Positions 1 to 12,100 of a stretch of 42,281 nucleotides of DNA are shown here, piece by piece. Made by a program: the position numbers and the translations under genes. Under the pieces are notes generated by a model, which was not told the DNA's origin, made no database searches, and saw only the letters and a list, made by a program, of their open reading frames with translations. This DNA comes from Chlorokybus atmophyticus (lineage: Eukaryota; Plantae; Mesostigma and Chlorokybus algae), in NCBI GenBank assembly GCA_009103225.1, contig RHPI01001020.1, positions 1 through 42,281 of the forward strand, in the 5' to 3' direction. Position 1 is the stretch's first letter. Each line of letters starts with the position of its first letter.

Positions 1-85
1 ACCCTAACCCTAACCCTAACCCTAACCCTAACCCTAACCCTAACCCTAACCCCTAACCCTAACCCTAACCCTAACCCTAACCCTA
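1..85. repeat. Telomeric array (CCCTAA)n, i.e. TTAGGG-type; chromosome end
   Basis: About 14 tandem CCCTAA units from base 1, with one CCCCTAA variant near position 50. The C-rich strand is on + as expected for a left chromosome end. Confidence 0.97.
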
Positions 86-120
86 CAATCACATACCAAC
101 GGCAATCCTCTCCTTTGCAG

Positions 121-284
121 GTTTCTGTGACATGGCTATTTATGGAAAGCAAGTTTAACACTTGTAATGTGTTCCAATGCTTGAATTTAGCAGCGATAGC
201 AAGTGCATGAGCGTTGTCGCGCCGGATCCCACGTCAGGGACACTTGGGATATACACTAAAGGAGCGGACTCAGCAATGCTGCTG
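121..284 (+). pseudogene. P4-type (phospholipid flippase) P-type ATPase exon fragment, degenerate
   Basis: Translation LEFSSDSKCMSVVAPDPTSGTLGIYTKGADSAML matches the P4-ATPase N-domain motif LEFxSxRKRMSVIV...YxKGAD. It is flanked by a ctttgcag acceptor (ends 120) and a GTAAGT donor (285). In-frame TAA stops lie upstream in the same exon, and no N-terminal exons fit before the telomere. Confidence 0.75.
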
Positions 285-2689
285 GTAAGTATTATTATTG
301 CACTGTTATATACACACATATGCACGTGCACACATGCAGAGAAACGCATGCACGCACGTGCATGGGTGTGTTCCCGTGGCATGCAAGCACGCGCATTGAA
401 TCGTTATATGCTGCAGCTAATCGTGGACTGGCAGTCGCTGAAGCTCAAGTAGTGCGGCTGCCACATGCGTACTCTCACCATGCCACTGTCCTCTCCCTCC
501 CTCGTCCCTCGTCCCCCATCTCATTTAACGTACCCTTCCTCCCTACCCTTTCCTTCACGACCTTTCCCGCGACAGCTGCAGCCCTCGACCGTCATCTGTC
601 GACAGTCGGGGATTGTTAATTACCTACCCCACAGCCCTTCCCTTGACAGCCGTCCCGGACGTAAGCCACTATTAATTCAATCGACACAGCTGACAACAAT
701 TACTGTCGAGGACTGTTGGTTGTTGACCATCGTGAATGCGCAGGCTAACGAGGCTCCATCGCACATATACAGATGACTATTGTGATGTGAGATTAGCACA
801 TTACATCCCTACACACTCACGCACGCGCACGCACGCATGGTTGATACATTAGGAAGGTTTAGCACATGAGCACACACGCGCGTGCTCAATCAATGCACAG
901 GCCTCGCTAATAACCATGCACAGGCCGCCGCTGCCAATGCCGCAAAGTTTATTTATCGGCATGTTCTAGTTGACCACCTCCTCCTCAACCAGCAAGTACC
1001 TTGTGCGTGCATGCATTACAATGCATGCACGTTGTACTGGCGTGGAGGCGTGCATATTGCATTGTTCGCAAGGGTGTAGCTACCACAAGGGAGCAAGCAT
1101 GTACCACACTGTGGTACATGCTTGCTCCCTTGCCACGCAGTGAGACAGCTGTATGACTTGATTGTATGTTCGAGCACGAGTTTGTAGTGTTTGTAGTGCA
1201 TGCGCACGCATACACACATAGTTGTGTGTGTGCGTGCGCATGCACGTATTTGTGCTCGTGCAGGTAACTGCGTGTGCACGTGTGTGTATGTGTGCGTCCA
1301 TGAAGCTTCGCAAGTAAGTTCTTGCAAAAAAGCAAGGCAGCTGAGCGGCATGTTAAGTTCTGGACACGGCAGGCCAAATATGCTTCGGGACCACAGTGTC
1401 AACATTTAGCGGCTTGGTGATTAGCGACAAACCCGCAACCTTGATTGAGGGTTCGCACGCACACACATGGCGGACACACTCGCCGTTGCACAATAGAAAC
1501 TTGCAAGGGTGGCCAGCGATAACGGCCGTTTAAGCAGCCCATGCCTCTTTCCTCGCTTTGCTAAACCTTAGCCGCAGCAACATCATCAGGTGCGTGTATG
1601 CATGCGTTATGTATATGTGCGCGTCTGCATCTGCGTGTGAGCATGCGTGAGTGTGTTGCGCAATTACGTACCTATGCATATGCATGGATTCGTGATCACG
1701 GCATGTTACTTGAACACCAGCATTAACAATAATAACAACAACACGCACTCAACATCGATAGCCAAGGGCTGGCCTTCTGAGGCCTGTCAAAGGACAGCCC
1801 TCATGTCTTTTGACAGTCTTCAACTATACATTGGCCGCCAACAGTCTATTTGACAGCCCTTGGCCAAGGGCTATAAAAAGCACTGTTGGCGGCCAACTGA
1901 CAATCCAACATAGACAGTCCAACATGCTAGGTGCTGCTAGGTGCACGCACACACTTACTTACCCACACGCCTATGTACATGTTTGTGAGTGGATCAATTT
2001 AACCATCCATTAGACGTTCAAATATGTCAACGCATGCACGCACGCACGCATGCACGCACGCACGCACGCACACATACACATATGCATGTGCAGACTGTGC
2101 ACCGTTGCAGACGGTTTGTAGCAGCTCAAGTGGTGCGCATTGTGGCTTACTCACCGGCCAGCTTTAAAGCACTAGGCCACAAATCTCACCGCCAGCAAGG
2201 TGCGTGCAACGGTGCCTCTATCTCTCACGCATGCGTTGCCGTGTGACCACGTGCATGCATGCACAGTTGCACACCACTGTACAGCTCTGCAGAGGCACGC
2301 ACACGCTCGCACATAAACACGCATGCATGCATAGTCGCACATCAATGCACAGCTCTGCACACAAATGCGCATGCATGCACAGCTTGCGCACCATTGCATA
2401 GCTTTGCAACCACACACACGCATGCACGTGCACACACACCCGGCATGCATGCACAGCTGCACCAATGCACAGCTGTACAGACGCAAACATGCATGCGCGC
2501 ACACAAGCGTATGGTTTTCCATAGTCACATGTGTGTAGGCGCTGCAATTTGCGGAAGACAATTGATGACACAAGCTTTGAAGGGGATGGGGTTAACGTTG
2601 TAGTGTAGATAGCCATTGCATTAAATAGCTAATTGTATATACGGTAAATATATGCATTTCCGTGCATGGTCTTCTTGCACATATGCAAT

Positions 2690-3085
2690 GGACTGTGCTA
2701 ACCAGATCCGGTCTGAACCGCATGCATGCTGACTCACATGTAGGGTCGGACCATGTATGGTCCAAATTCTGCGTGTAAGCATTGACCACCCTTGGTCCAT
2801 GTGTACATTGAGAGTTCGGACCATACATGGTCTTCACGCTTTCTCACTTGCATGGACCTTGGTCCACAATGACATGGATAACTCGGACCACACATGGTCC
2901 TTACAACCTCACGTAAATTGCGCACCAGCTATGGTGCGTACGAAGGGACAATGGTACCATTTACGTGAAATTCGGACCATGTATGGTCTGACTGTCGATG
3001 AACAACAAACCATGCATGGTCTGCCGATTTCATTTCGTATCGATAAATCTCGGTCCGTGGGTACGGACCATTTATGGTCCATGAA
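2690..3085. repeat. Cluster of palindromic GGACCATRYATGGTCC motifs; dispersed copy of the CACTA-like subterminal sequence
   Basis: At least 6 motif copies (e.g. cggaccatgtatggtcc, cggaccatacatggtct, cggaccatttatggtcc). Segment 2945-3085 is colinear with 33668-33800 and 34022-34155. Confidence 0.75.
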
Positions 3086-3229
3086 CATCGAGCGGTGTGC
3101 AAGTAAGTGTAGGATAATTACACTAGGAGAATGCAGTATTGGACGGCACCCGCACTACCACACGTATCACCACCACACTTGCTCCTAAGCCAAGCCGGAG
3201 AGACCGTGCTCGAGACTTGCTGCCTACAC

Positions 3230-3700
3230 GGCCGCCAAAAGGGTCCGCCATGTGCCGCTCACGCCGATTTGGCCGCTCAAGTCACGTGTCACCGCTGTGG
3301 ACGTCACGGCCATTACCAGAAAGAGTGCACTGAGGAGTACGCTTCACTATTATGTAGTTATTGCCACAGGACTGATCACTTGGAGTTAATGTGCTATGCA
3401 TAGTTTCTAGAGCTAACGCTGAACGGTAGTTACAACAGTAACGACGACGACAATGCTGGAGCTTGCAAGAAAGCAACGGCTATTATGCAAAGCCGGCCTC
3501 CACCCAATCCACCCAATAGTTGGTGCACCTCCGATGCTATAAACTAAAATTGCAATACAGTGGTCAATGGTCATTGGTTGTGTAATACGCAATTGATATA
3601 TTGCTTGAATCTCGTGCATGTTGTACATTTGTAAGCAAGCAACTTCACCCTTTGTCATGTGCATTATGCGTTGAATACTCGCGCCTGAGGCTAGCTTGTT
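3230..3700 (+). mobile_element. Ty3/gypsy-like LTR retrotransposon gag-protease remnant
   Basis: Two zinc-knuckle motifs (CHRCGRHGHYQKEC and CSYCHRTDHLELMC) are followed, after a stop and a frameshift, by ILLESRACCTFVSKQL, a decayed aspartic protease motif (LLDSGAxxxFVS). No RT, integrase or LTR was seen. Confidence 0.7.
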
Positions 3701-5963
3701 TGTGCATGACCGGCAGTCATTGACTGCCACTTGATGTGAGATAGGCATTTTTTGCTGAAAATAATCAGTACATAAATGTTATTAATTTAAATTGCTGATA
3801 TTACAACAGAATGTAGAATAGCTCGCTGATACTCATGTGGCTCAACGGTGTACATGCGACTCAAATCAGATTACATTTTTCAGCGTGGTGCGGGAGCTTG
3901 TGAGCTTTGCCAAATTTGTGTGTCCGTCCAATGCCAAGCAAGGTAGCTTGTGTCTGTCATAAGAGCAATCATCATGGCCTTGACATTAGCAATGTTGCAC
4001 TCGTTGATGAAGCAAAAAAGTGCATGCTTTCCATGACTGCGCTTCCCGCTGCCTGCTAGTGTCTGAACTGAGTCAGTTAACTGCCAACTCAGCAGATGCT
4101 GATGACTCTCTGCTGCGTCTCCCAGCTACCCTTATGTCACCCTTTTGTCACCGTTGTTGTCTGCTGTCTTCGTGGCCGCTCACTGACTGAATTTCAGCAA
4201 GTTCAACTCAACGCACTGGAGTGTCCGAAGCGACGGCCGCTCTCATCGCAGGCTGGCTTTCAACGCAGTGTATACTTTCCGAAGCCTACCTGCTACTGTA
4301 GGCGGCCTACCAGACAAAACCGGCACCGGGACTACGTGCGTCGTCAGAAGGCAACCCGCCCGTTTTAGATACGTTAAGATCTTGCGTCGATTCGACATAC
4401 GGGTTGTCGCAGGTAGCCAAGCTCAAAGCTCCATTGCAAGAGGTAGTTAATGATTACAGTAGTAGATGAACCTGCGTCATAAGCGCACAATGCATGAATG
4501 GACAGGTTTATGCGGGCAGCTTGCCTGTTGTTTTGGTGCTCGTGTCACATGATGATGCGGACAGAAAGCACCTCGGCGAGTTCTACTCTGTGCAGAGCGG
4601 GCAACCGCTGGCGCGTGCCGGCGCGGTCAGCGCGGTTAAGTTATGCCTTCTGATGACATGACCAATGATGGCCTGTGTTTGAGCGCGGCAATTCGTTACT
4701 GACGAACCTCGAAAAAAGCGTACGCTGGCGTACTGCCCCCGTCAGTGCCTCCCCACACCACCCCGCGGCCCCAGAGTACGGACGATCCGCTACCCGCAAC
4801 TAGACAACGTTAACGCCTCCCCTCCAGGTTCACACGTTCGCTGTGCTACACGATCAACAAACGTAAGCATGAGTAACTCGCGTACGAACGCACCCACGCC
4901 TACAGCCATTTGGTTAGTTATCCTTAGCTGTACTGTTACAAAGAACTAACGACCAATCACATTCTGGCTTTCGTGCGAAACCTGCTGTTCACTTTTACAC
5001 CGGGCTTGCGTTTCACAGGCGGCGGCCACGCCTTGGGGGGGCACGCTGGGGGCGGAGGTGGAGGCGGGGGCGTCGGACGAGGAGGAGGAGGAGGAGGTGC
5101 TCGTGGGTGAGGAAGAGGAGGAGGAGGAGGAGGAGGCGGGAGAGGCGCGGTGGGGATGATGGTGAAGCGGATTGCGGAGGGCGAGGAGCGCCGCGGCTTC
5201 TGGCGGTGAGCTGCTGCCCATGGAGGGGGCGGAGGAGGCGGCCTGCTGGGGAGAGCAGGTGCGGTGCGGCGTGTGCCGATCCAGCTGAATCAGGTGCCTC
5301 ATGGTTGCTGTTGAAGCGTGTTGCGGCATAGTTGCCTTGGTGTTTTCTTGACGTCAACTTGCATTAGTCAGGTGAGAAGACGGGGACGGCCAGCAGCAGC
5401 TATGGCTCTGCACTTGTTAACAGCACCTCTTCAGACCCATGTCATCAACAAAGAAAGGTGAGCGACGCTGTCAAAGTCATTTTTTTTGCGCACACATATC
5501 AGTTACCACCTGGTTTGTTCACCCGACCTTGTGAGGCACTTGTATGTAGTTGTTTTGTGTGCTCTCGGTCGGTTGCCTTGGCGCTGCTGTACCGCTTTAG
5601 GCAGGCAGCGCTGTGATTAGCGTGTTGTAGTCTTACATGTTGCAGCTGTTGGTATGCACGTAGATACGGGGTCAAGCAATTACCAACGTGGACGTCGACT
5701 TCATATAGCAGCATTTTCTTAGTTTAATACGCGGTAAATGCGGTTTGTGTCGTCCCTCTATGGAGCAAAGACTGTCACAGCCACTTTGTGTTGGACAGCC
5801 GAACTGCGGTGTTAGCTAGGCGCGATTGTTAGCTGTGTGTGCTGCATTCACCTGTAGTGCCACTTGACACCGTGAGCTTGCTTCACTTCCTGTACACTGT
5901 TAACTCACTAATCAAAATATTTGTTGCAGCATTGCAAAGTTTGCTGGCGGCAGAAAGCGGAGC

Positions 5964-7582
5964 TTGGAAGTGGCTGCTTGTGTCCAGAGTGAGCCGCATA
6001 AGTGTGCACGCGTAGACTTTTGTTCAAGACCACAAGTGCCGGCACCAGCAGTCTGCGGCGTCCTCAGCATGGAGCTGGTGTCCCTCATCACGCGGGTGCT
6101 GCGGTTTGCGCACTCTATATCGCCAGCAGAGAGCTCTGCGCTTGCCAGGTGGGTGGACGATTGCGAGGGCTTGCGCAACCTCGGCGTCTCATACAGCGCT
6201 GCTTGGGAACTTGTCGTCCGAGACCGACGCGCCGAGCTGCGGGACTTGGTCGCTGATCTGGCTCGTTTTGGTGCTCGTTCTGCCACCCCCGCCCATCGCA
6301 CGCTGAAAGACCAGTTTGCAAGCTCCCACCCGGGCGCTTACCCGCCCTTGCGGACTGCCGAAACCGTCATGGCAGCCGCCATCCCGCAGCTGCTTGAGAA
6401 AATGGTTGCTACCAATAACTTGCGCACTGCCCTTCAAGCTGTTAGAGCGTTGAAACACGCGCGCCAGTCCATTGCCTCCGGTCTCACTGAAGTGAAAGAC
6501 AGCGAGGATGACGGCGTCGTGCCCACCCGCATTAGCAGCCAAGCGCACCCTATTTTGTATGCAAACAAGGCGCCCGCTGCTGCGGTGCCCTTGGTGTTGT
6601 CTGCCACTCCTGCAGAACAGTTCAAGTATGCACTCGCTTGCATGGATGCTAAGGTCAGCAGCCTGATGCCTGGCGCTCCACCACTATGGAGGAGACCACT
6701 TGTGAAGGACGATCCAAATGAATGCAGCCCTCCTTCTAAGCAGATGGTTCTCACCAAAGGTAGGCTATATAGTCCGTCGGTTGCTGCCAAGAAGCACTTT
6801 GTCACTACAGGGCCCTGACCATGTGGTGCAATGCAGCTGTTACAGGAGCTGTTGAGTTGGAGATTGCGCGGGCAGAAGCGCGAGTTGCCGCCTTGCAGAA
6901 GGCCTCGATGTGGGAAGAAAAGCTTGATGATGTTGTGGACCTTTTGTCCCGGACACTACTATGCCTGCACAGTAAGCATCCCATGTGTGTGCTCATGTGT
7001 GTGCTCATCTTGACTTGACGGAAGTGAAGCTAAGGCTCTGGCTTTGCCTCCACAGGTATTTTCTTCAACAGCAGCAGCAGCAGCAAGGATGTGGATGCAT
7101 CAGATGTACAGGTAGCGGTAAGAGCTGTGCGTGCAAACAGCTCGGGTGAAGCGGGCCTCGCACTCAGCTTCGCCAATGCCATTGTCGCCATCGATGATAT
7201 GGTGAACCATCCAACTACTGTCTCGTTGACGGCTCGAGACGACTTGTTTGCAATGCTATCCGCACCCGTGAAGCGCGCTGTCAAGGCGAGGCTGCGCTGT
7301 TCAGATGTGAAGTTGAACGTTCACGTATTGGCACAGCGGCTACGCTCACAGCTGTCGTGGGCTGCACCATTGGCACGCAACACCACCAAATATGTGACGG
7401 ACGGCGGGCCACGAGGCTCAGGCGCCGTGCTAAAGATTCACACCCTTCACTACGCTCAGCACGAGGCCACGGAGAATCTCATTGTCAACCTCATATCAGA
7501 CTTGCATCACGTATTGCGCAACCTCCAGTCAGCTTCACCACCTGTTTCGCGTCGCTTCGCTGTCAAGATGCATCGCATGTGA
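5964..7582 (+). CDS. Hypothetical multi-exon protein, no recognised family (may begin further upstream, about 5018)
   Basis: Long GC-rich open frames (5964-6818, 284 aa; 6821-7018; 7091-7582) in a genome whose introns are short, with plausible GT-AG junctions (aag|gtaggc ~6760, tgcag acceptor ~6836, |gtaagc ~6971, ccacag acceptor ~7054). No motif recognised. Confidence 0.5.
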
Positions 7583-9110
7583 CGCTTCAAGCTTACCATG
7601 CCCAATTGGCGGCACATTGGTCGCGCTTGGAGCAGCGCGTCAGCGCCCTTTGTACCATATCTCTTGTATTAAGAGCTCACGGTGTCCTGCAATCAGGCCT
7701 CCTATATCAGCATTGAACTGTTTGCAAGCAATGCAACTACCGGCTGTATCAGACGCATTATGCGCAATGCATGTGTTGTGCATGTGACATGCATCACTTG
7801 CATTTTTTGCACACTACCTATGTACCTTGATTACGCCCTCAATGTGTGCGCCGGCAGGTTGGTGGCACTCATGTATATGGCCTTGGTGCAGAGAGGTATC
7901 TCACCCATGTACACATGTATACAGAGTCTGGTAGAGGTACACGGCTGCTGCTGCTGCTCTTATACAATCTCAATTATCATTGTCATACAAGTGTCCAATG
8001 TCAGCGCCTATGGCTCTTGTCGTTGTGGTTGCTGTTGCTGCTGCTGTGCATGTCTGCATGAGAGTCTTGCAAGCGCGCACGCACATGCGTGTGCCCATGC
8101 GCTATGGGTGTACTGCATTGTAACGTGCACGTATTTCAATCAATGCAACAGTAACATCTACGGGAAGAGATGCTGCATGCAAAACACTTGGGAACTGCAG
8201 CAGCTGCGCAATGCGCTAGCATGCGTGTTCACTGCAAACTGCGCAATGGTGCTTGTGCGTGTAAGTGTACAAGAGGTCATCAGCATATGGTATATATGCT
8301 ACATATGCTGCATGTGCAGTTTAACCAATGCTCACAGTCAGATGCAGTGTGCATAGAGCAGATTTCCTCACCGACATGCCAACACACAATGGTTGTGCTC
8401 AGCAGGAGGCCAGACATACACCAGTGCAAACTCGCGTGTTGAACGTGCGCAAGGACAGCCTAGACAAATACGGTATCAGTCAGTCACTACCACACCCGCG
8501 CACTGTACATGCTACTGGCGATGTGGCAGGTAATGACAACTGTAAAATGCATATCTAACGGGTTTGGGGCAGTGGTGAAGATCAGTAAATAGAGTTCTAC
8601 AGAAGGGACATGCTGCTGTGCCGGCATGCATGGTGTGACAAAGGCAAGCAATACACACAATGTGAAGCACATCACACTTGCTTGCACTCACATGGCAACA
8701 CCACCGGGCTACGTCTACCTACTAAGAATGTATAGCCTGGTGGTGAAATGGATGCATGTATTACCAATGGTGGTCATAGCTAGCTTGCTGACTGTGACTG
8801 TGCATGCATGCATGTTCACATGCACGTGATTGCATACTTTGTACACATACAGCTGATCACACAGACCGAGATTCCCCACACCGCGGCACCTCAAATGTGC
8901 ACCACCACACATCCTTTGGGCTACTCTCATGGGCTTTCTACGCTCCCGCTCTAACCCTCGTGGCGCGCAGCCGCGGCCTGCCAGAATGTATGGGGAGGCG
9001 AGAGGTCAGACACATGTGCGCTAAGCGTTGATCACTCAGTACTCGACTACTTCACTATACTATACTCCTTGCAGAGAGCTTTGCCACATTGCTGCTCATG
9101 GGTGGGCTGC

Positions 9111-12100
9111 TCACACCCTGCAAGCGCAGCGCTTTGCTGTTAGTTCATGAAACATGCCTGTCGCTGGCCAAATTGCAGTGCCACTCACCTCTGTTGCAAA
9201 CTCAACCATGAACATCATGTCATCTTCTGGCAACAGCCGCTCCAGAGCATCCGCGACCACCGCCATGGTGGGACGCATGGTAGGCAGACCCGCGACGCAC
9301 CGCCCAGCAAGCCTTGCAACCTGCAAACACTTTGCCTGCTCAGATGCCTCTTATATATACACCCACACTGTGTTGACGCGTCGAAATCAATAGACAAAAG
9401 GCCTCTCCACACGCTATGGCGTCACCTCCTCAAACTGGCCGCGGTCAGCATCTTTTAGCCTGGGATCAACCAGCGCATCAACCTGGTTTTGCTCCAGTCG
9501 CCGCAGCACCCATGGCGTCAGCTCTTGCTCACCTGTGAGGTTGGTGTTATTAGTTACCAACAGAGCAAAGAGCCCAGAGCAGCGCGACCTGGAAAGGACA
9601 AGCACCCAGACACTAGCTTCAGCTCATACTCGCAGAGCTGAGTGACAGACCTGCTGGCCTGTAGAATTCCATCAACTGTCTCCCCGTCAAAAGCTGCATC
9701 ACCAGGACCTGCACGCAATGTGTGCCGGGTCAGTTCAGTTTATACAGCGCTGCACTAGGGTTGCAAAGGAGAGCAAACTGCGTAGTAGCAGCATGCCATC
9801 AATAGGCAAGCACATGTTCACACAGTCTTGAACCTACTCACCCCAAAGGAATAGCAATCACTCCGGGGACTGCAGACGCCTGTGTTGGCATACTCTAGAG
9901 GCAAAAATCCATCACTCACCGGATGCCATGAGCAGAACCAGACATGTTCAACACTCTATACGCACCTGGAGCGATGTACCCATAACTTCCAAGCACACGT
10001 GTGTGCTGGTTTGATGTCTGGGTGGTGTTCAGCTCCTTTGCTACGCCAAAGTCAGATATCTGCCAACATACATAAGCATGTTGGTGCGCACGGTGATGCT
10101 GACTCCACAGCAACAAGACATCAAAAACAGGTCACCTTTGGCAAGCAGCGTGAGTCAAGTAGAATATTGCTCGGTTTCAAATCCCTATGGATGATGCGGC
10201 ACGCGTGCAAGTGGGCTAACCCTCTGGCAATGCCCACAGCAATGCGCAGGCGCTGCATCCAGCTGAGTGGGTTGTTGGATTTAAACAACCTGTCCTCAAT
10301 AGTACCACCTAGGCAAAGAAAGTTTACACAAAGACAGTGATGGTCTGCATGCAGTAAGCCAGGACATTTTTGGCGAATGATTTGCATGCCCACCCACCTG
10401 TCATCAACTCCAAAACCAGCAGCACAACATTTTCTTCAAAACATGCTGTGTGCAAGCACACGATGTTGGGGTGACTCAAGGTGCTTAGTGCCGAGACCTC
10501 CGCATTCAACTCTGAATGAGACAGCTCGCCCTCGACCTCGATGCGCTTCACTGCCGCTTCAGTACCGTCTGAGAGAACAAAACGCTGAAGGTCCATATGT
10601 GCATTCAAGCACGCATGCTGTTGTGACGAGTCAAACAACTTAGCACAGAAAGCCGGTTGGACTCTGCTAGCTTCAGCAGCTTGCAGATCGAGAACAGGAC
10701 ACAAAGCAATCGCCTTCTCATGCCAATCATGAATGTTACCTTTGAAGCGGGCGAGGTATACGCCACCAAAGCCTCCTTCACCAAGCAAACGATCGTGGCT
10801 GAAGTTCTCGGTGGCAGCGACAAGGACGTCAAAGTCAATATCCCATTTAGTTCCCCCTGCGAGCACCATCACAGCGATCACTTGCAGCATTCCTACTCAT
10901 GTCACCCGTGCAAGCTGGCTTTGGCAGAGCAACGCAAACACGCACTTGGAGGCAGAAAGGCCTGCCACTTGTCAATTGGTTCGGGCTGCTTCTTCATCTT
11001 GTGCAGCGAACCCGCTGTCCCCGCTGCAGCGAAGCAAGGCAGCAGGGCCTCTCCTCTGTGTCTGCGGCGTCTTGCCCACAGGCCAAACAGCGCCAATGCA
11101 ACCACAAGGAGCACAGCTGCGAGCAGAGAATCAACAAACTTGGATGGGCGACCACTACAAGATGGGTGTATTGTGCAAAGCAGTGCATCCAAGCTGGGCA
11201 GGCAGGCGCAGTCGTGCAAGCGTTGTAACTGCAGGGTTGCAGTCATGGTTCGCATACACGAAACATCCTGTCAAGTCAGCTGCTGCTTTCGGGTGTTGCT
11301 GCAGGGTTGACTCACCGACTGTGACGCCAATCGCAATGCCAGCTGCGGACGACGACTTTGGTGGTGGAGGTGTAGTGTTTGCAGGGGAAGGTGCGGGAGG
11401 CGGAGGCGAGGGGACGGGCGGCGGGGGTGGGGACGGCGGGCAGGGCTGGCCCAACAAGGTGTTGGTTGCAGTGCCCACTGCACCTAGCAATGCTGCATGC
11501 AAAACCAGAGCTGAGGGCGTTGATGGAGAGATGGTGCACAATGGATGCATGCATGCATACGAGATCAACGATGTCTTCAACGAGCGCAATATCTGCATTG
11601 CCCATCCGTTACTAAACCCCACTTGTACAAGACATGCCACAAAGCACCTGGTGGGATGCTGCCGCAGAATTGGTTATTGCTGAGTTCTAGCCCACCAGCA
11701 GTCAGATTGGTTCCCACCAGCGATGCAGGTATGGGACCAAACAACTGGTTATCTGTCAAGCAACAGATGGTTGAAGGAATTGATACGTGCAGCACAAGCG
11801 CGTCAAATCTGTAATAAACCGACCTTGCAAGGTCAGACGCTCAAGCTTTGTCGCTTGTCCAAAAGTATCCGGAATTGTGCCCACCTGCAGTGCGTGAAGG
11901 ACTGTAGGCAAAACAAATCACACCAAGCATAACATGTCCACAAAGGGGCCTACCAACTGGTTTCTCTCGAGGTAGACCGCTGTCAAAGCTGGTGAGCTGT
12001 TGCCAAGGGCTTCCGGGATTGTACCTGCCAGGACATGTACATCCTGATTGGACCGCAAGTGGGTAGCATGCTGTGGGGGCATGAAACGTAGTACACACGC

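Noticed and set aside
1500-1910. GGCC/GACAGCCC motifs shared with 26430-26565, 29625-29720 and 30224-30243
   Set aside because: The matches are short (9-18 bp) and no termini could be defined. It is possibly a further dispersed repeat family, but the evidence is insufficient.
800-2620. Numerous His/Cys/Met/Thr-rich ORFs on both strands
   Set aside because: They are translations of (CA)/(GCAC)/CATG-rich low-complexity DNA, with no coding signature.
8487-8687. Short ORF with a signal-peptide-like start (MCFTLCVLLAFVTPC)
   Set aside because: It is 66 aa in CA-rich sequence with no further support, so it cannot be distinguished from chance.
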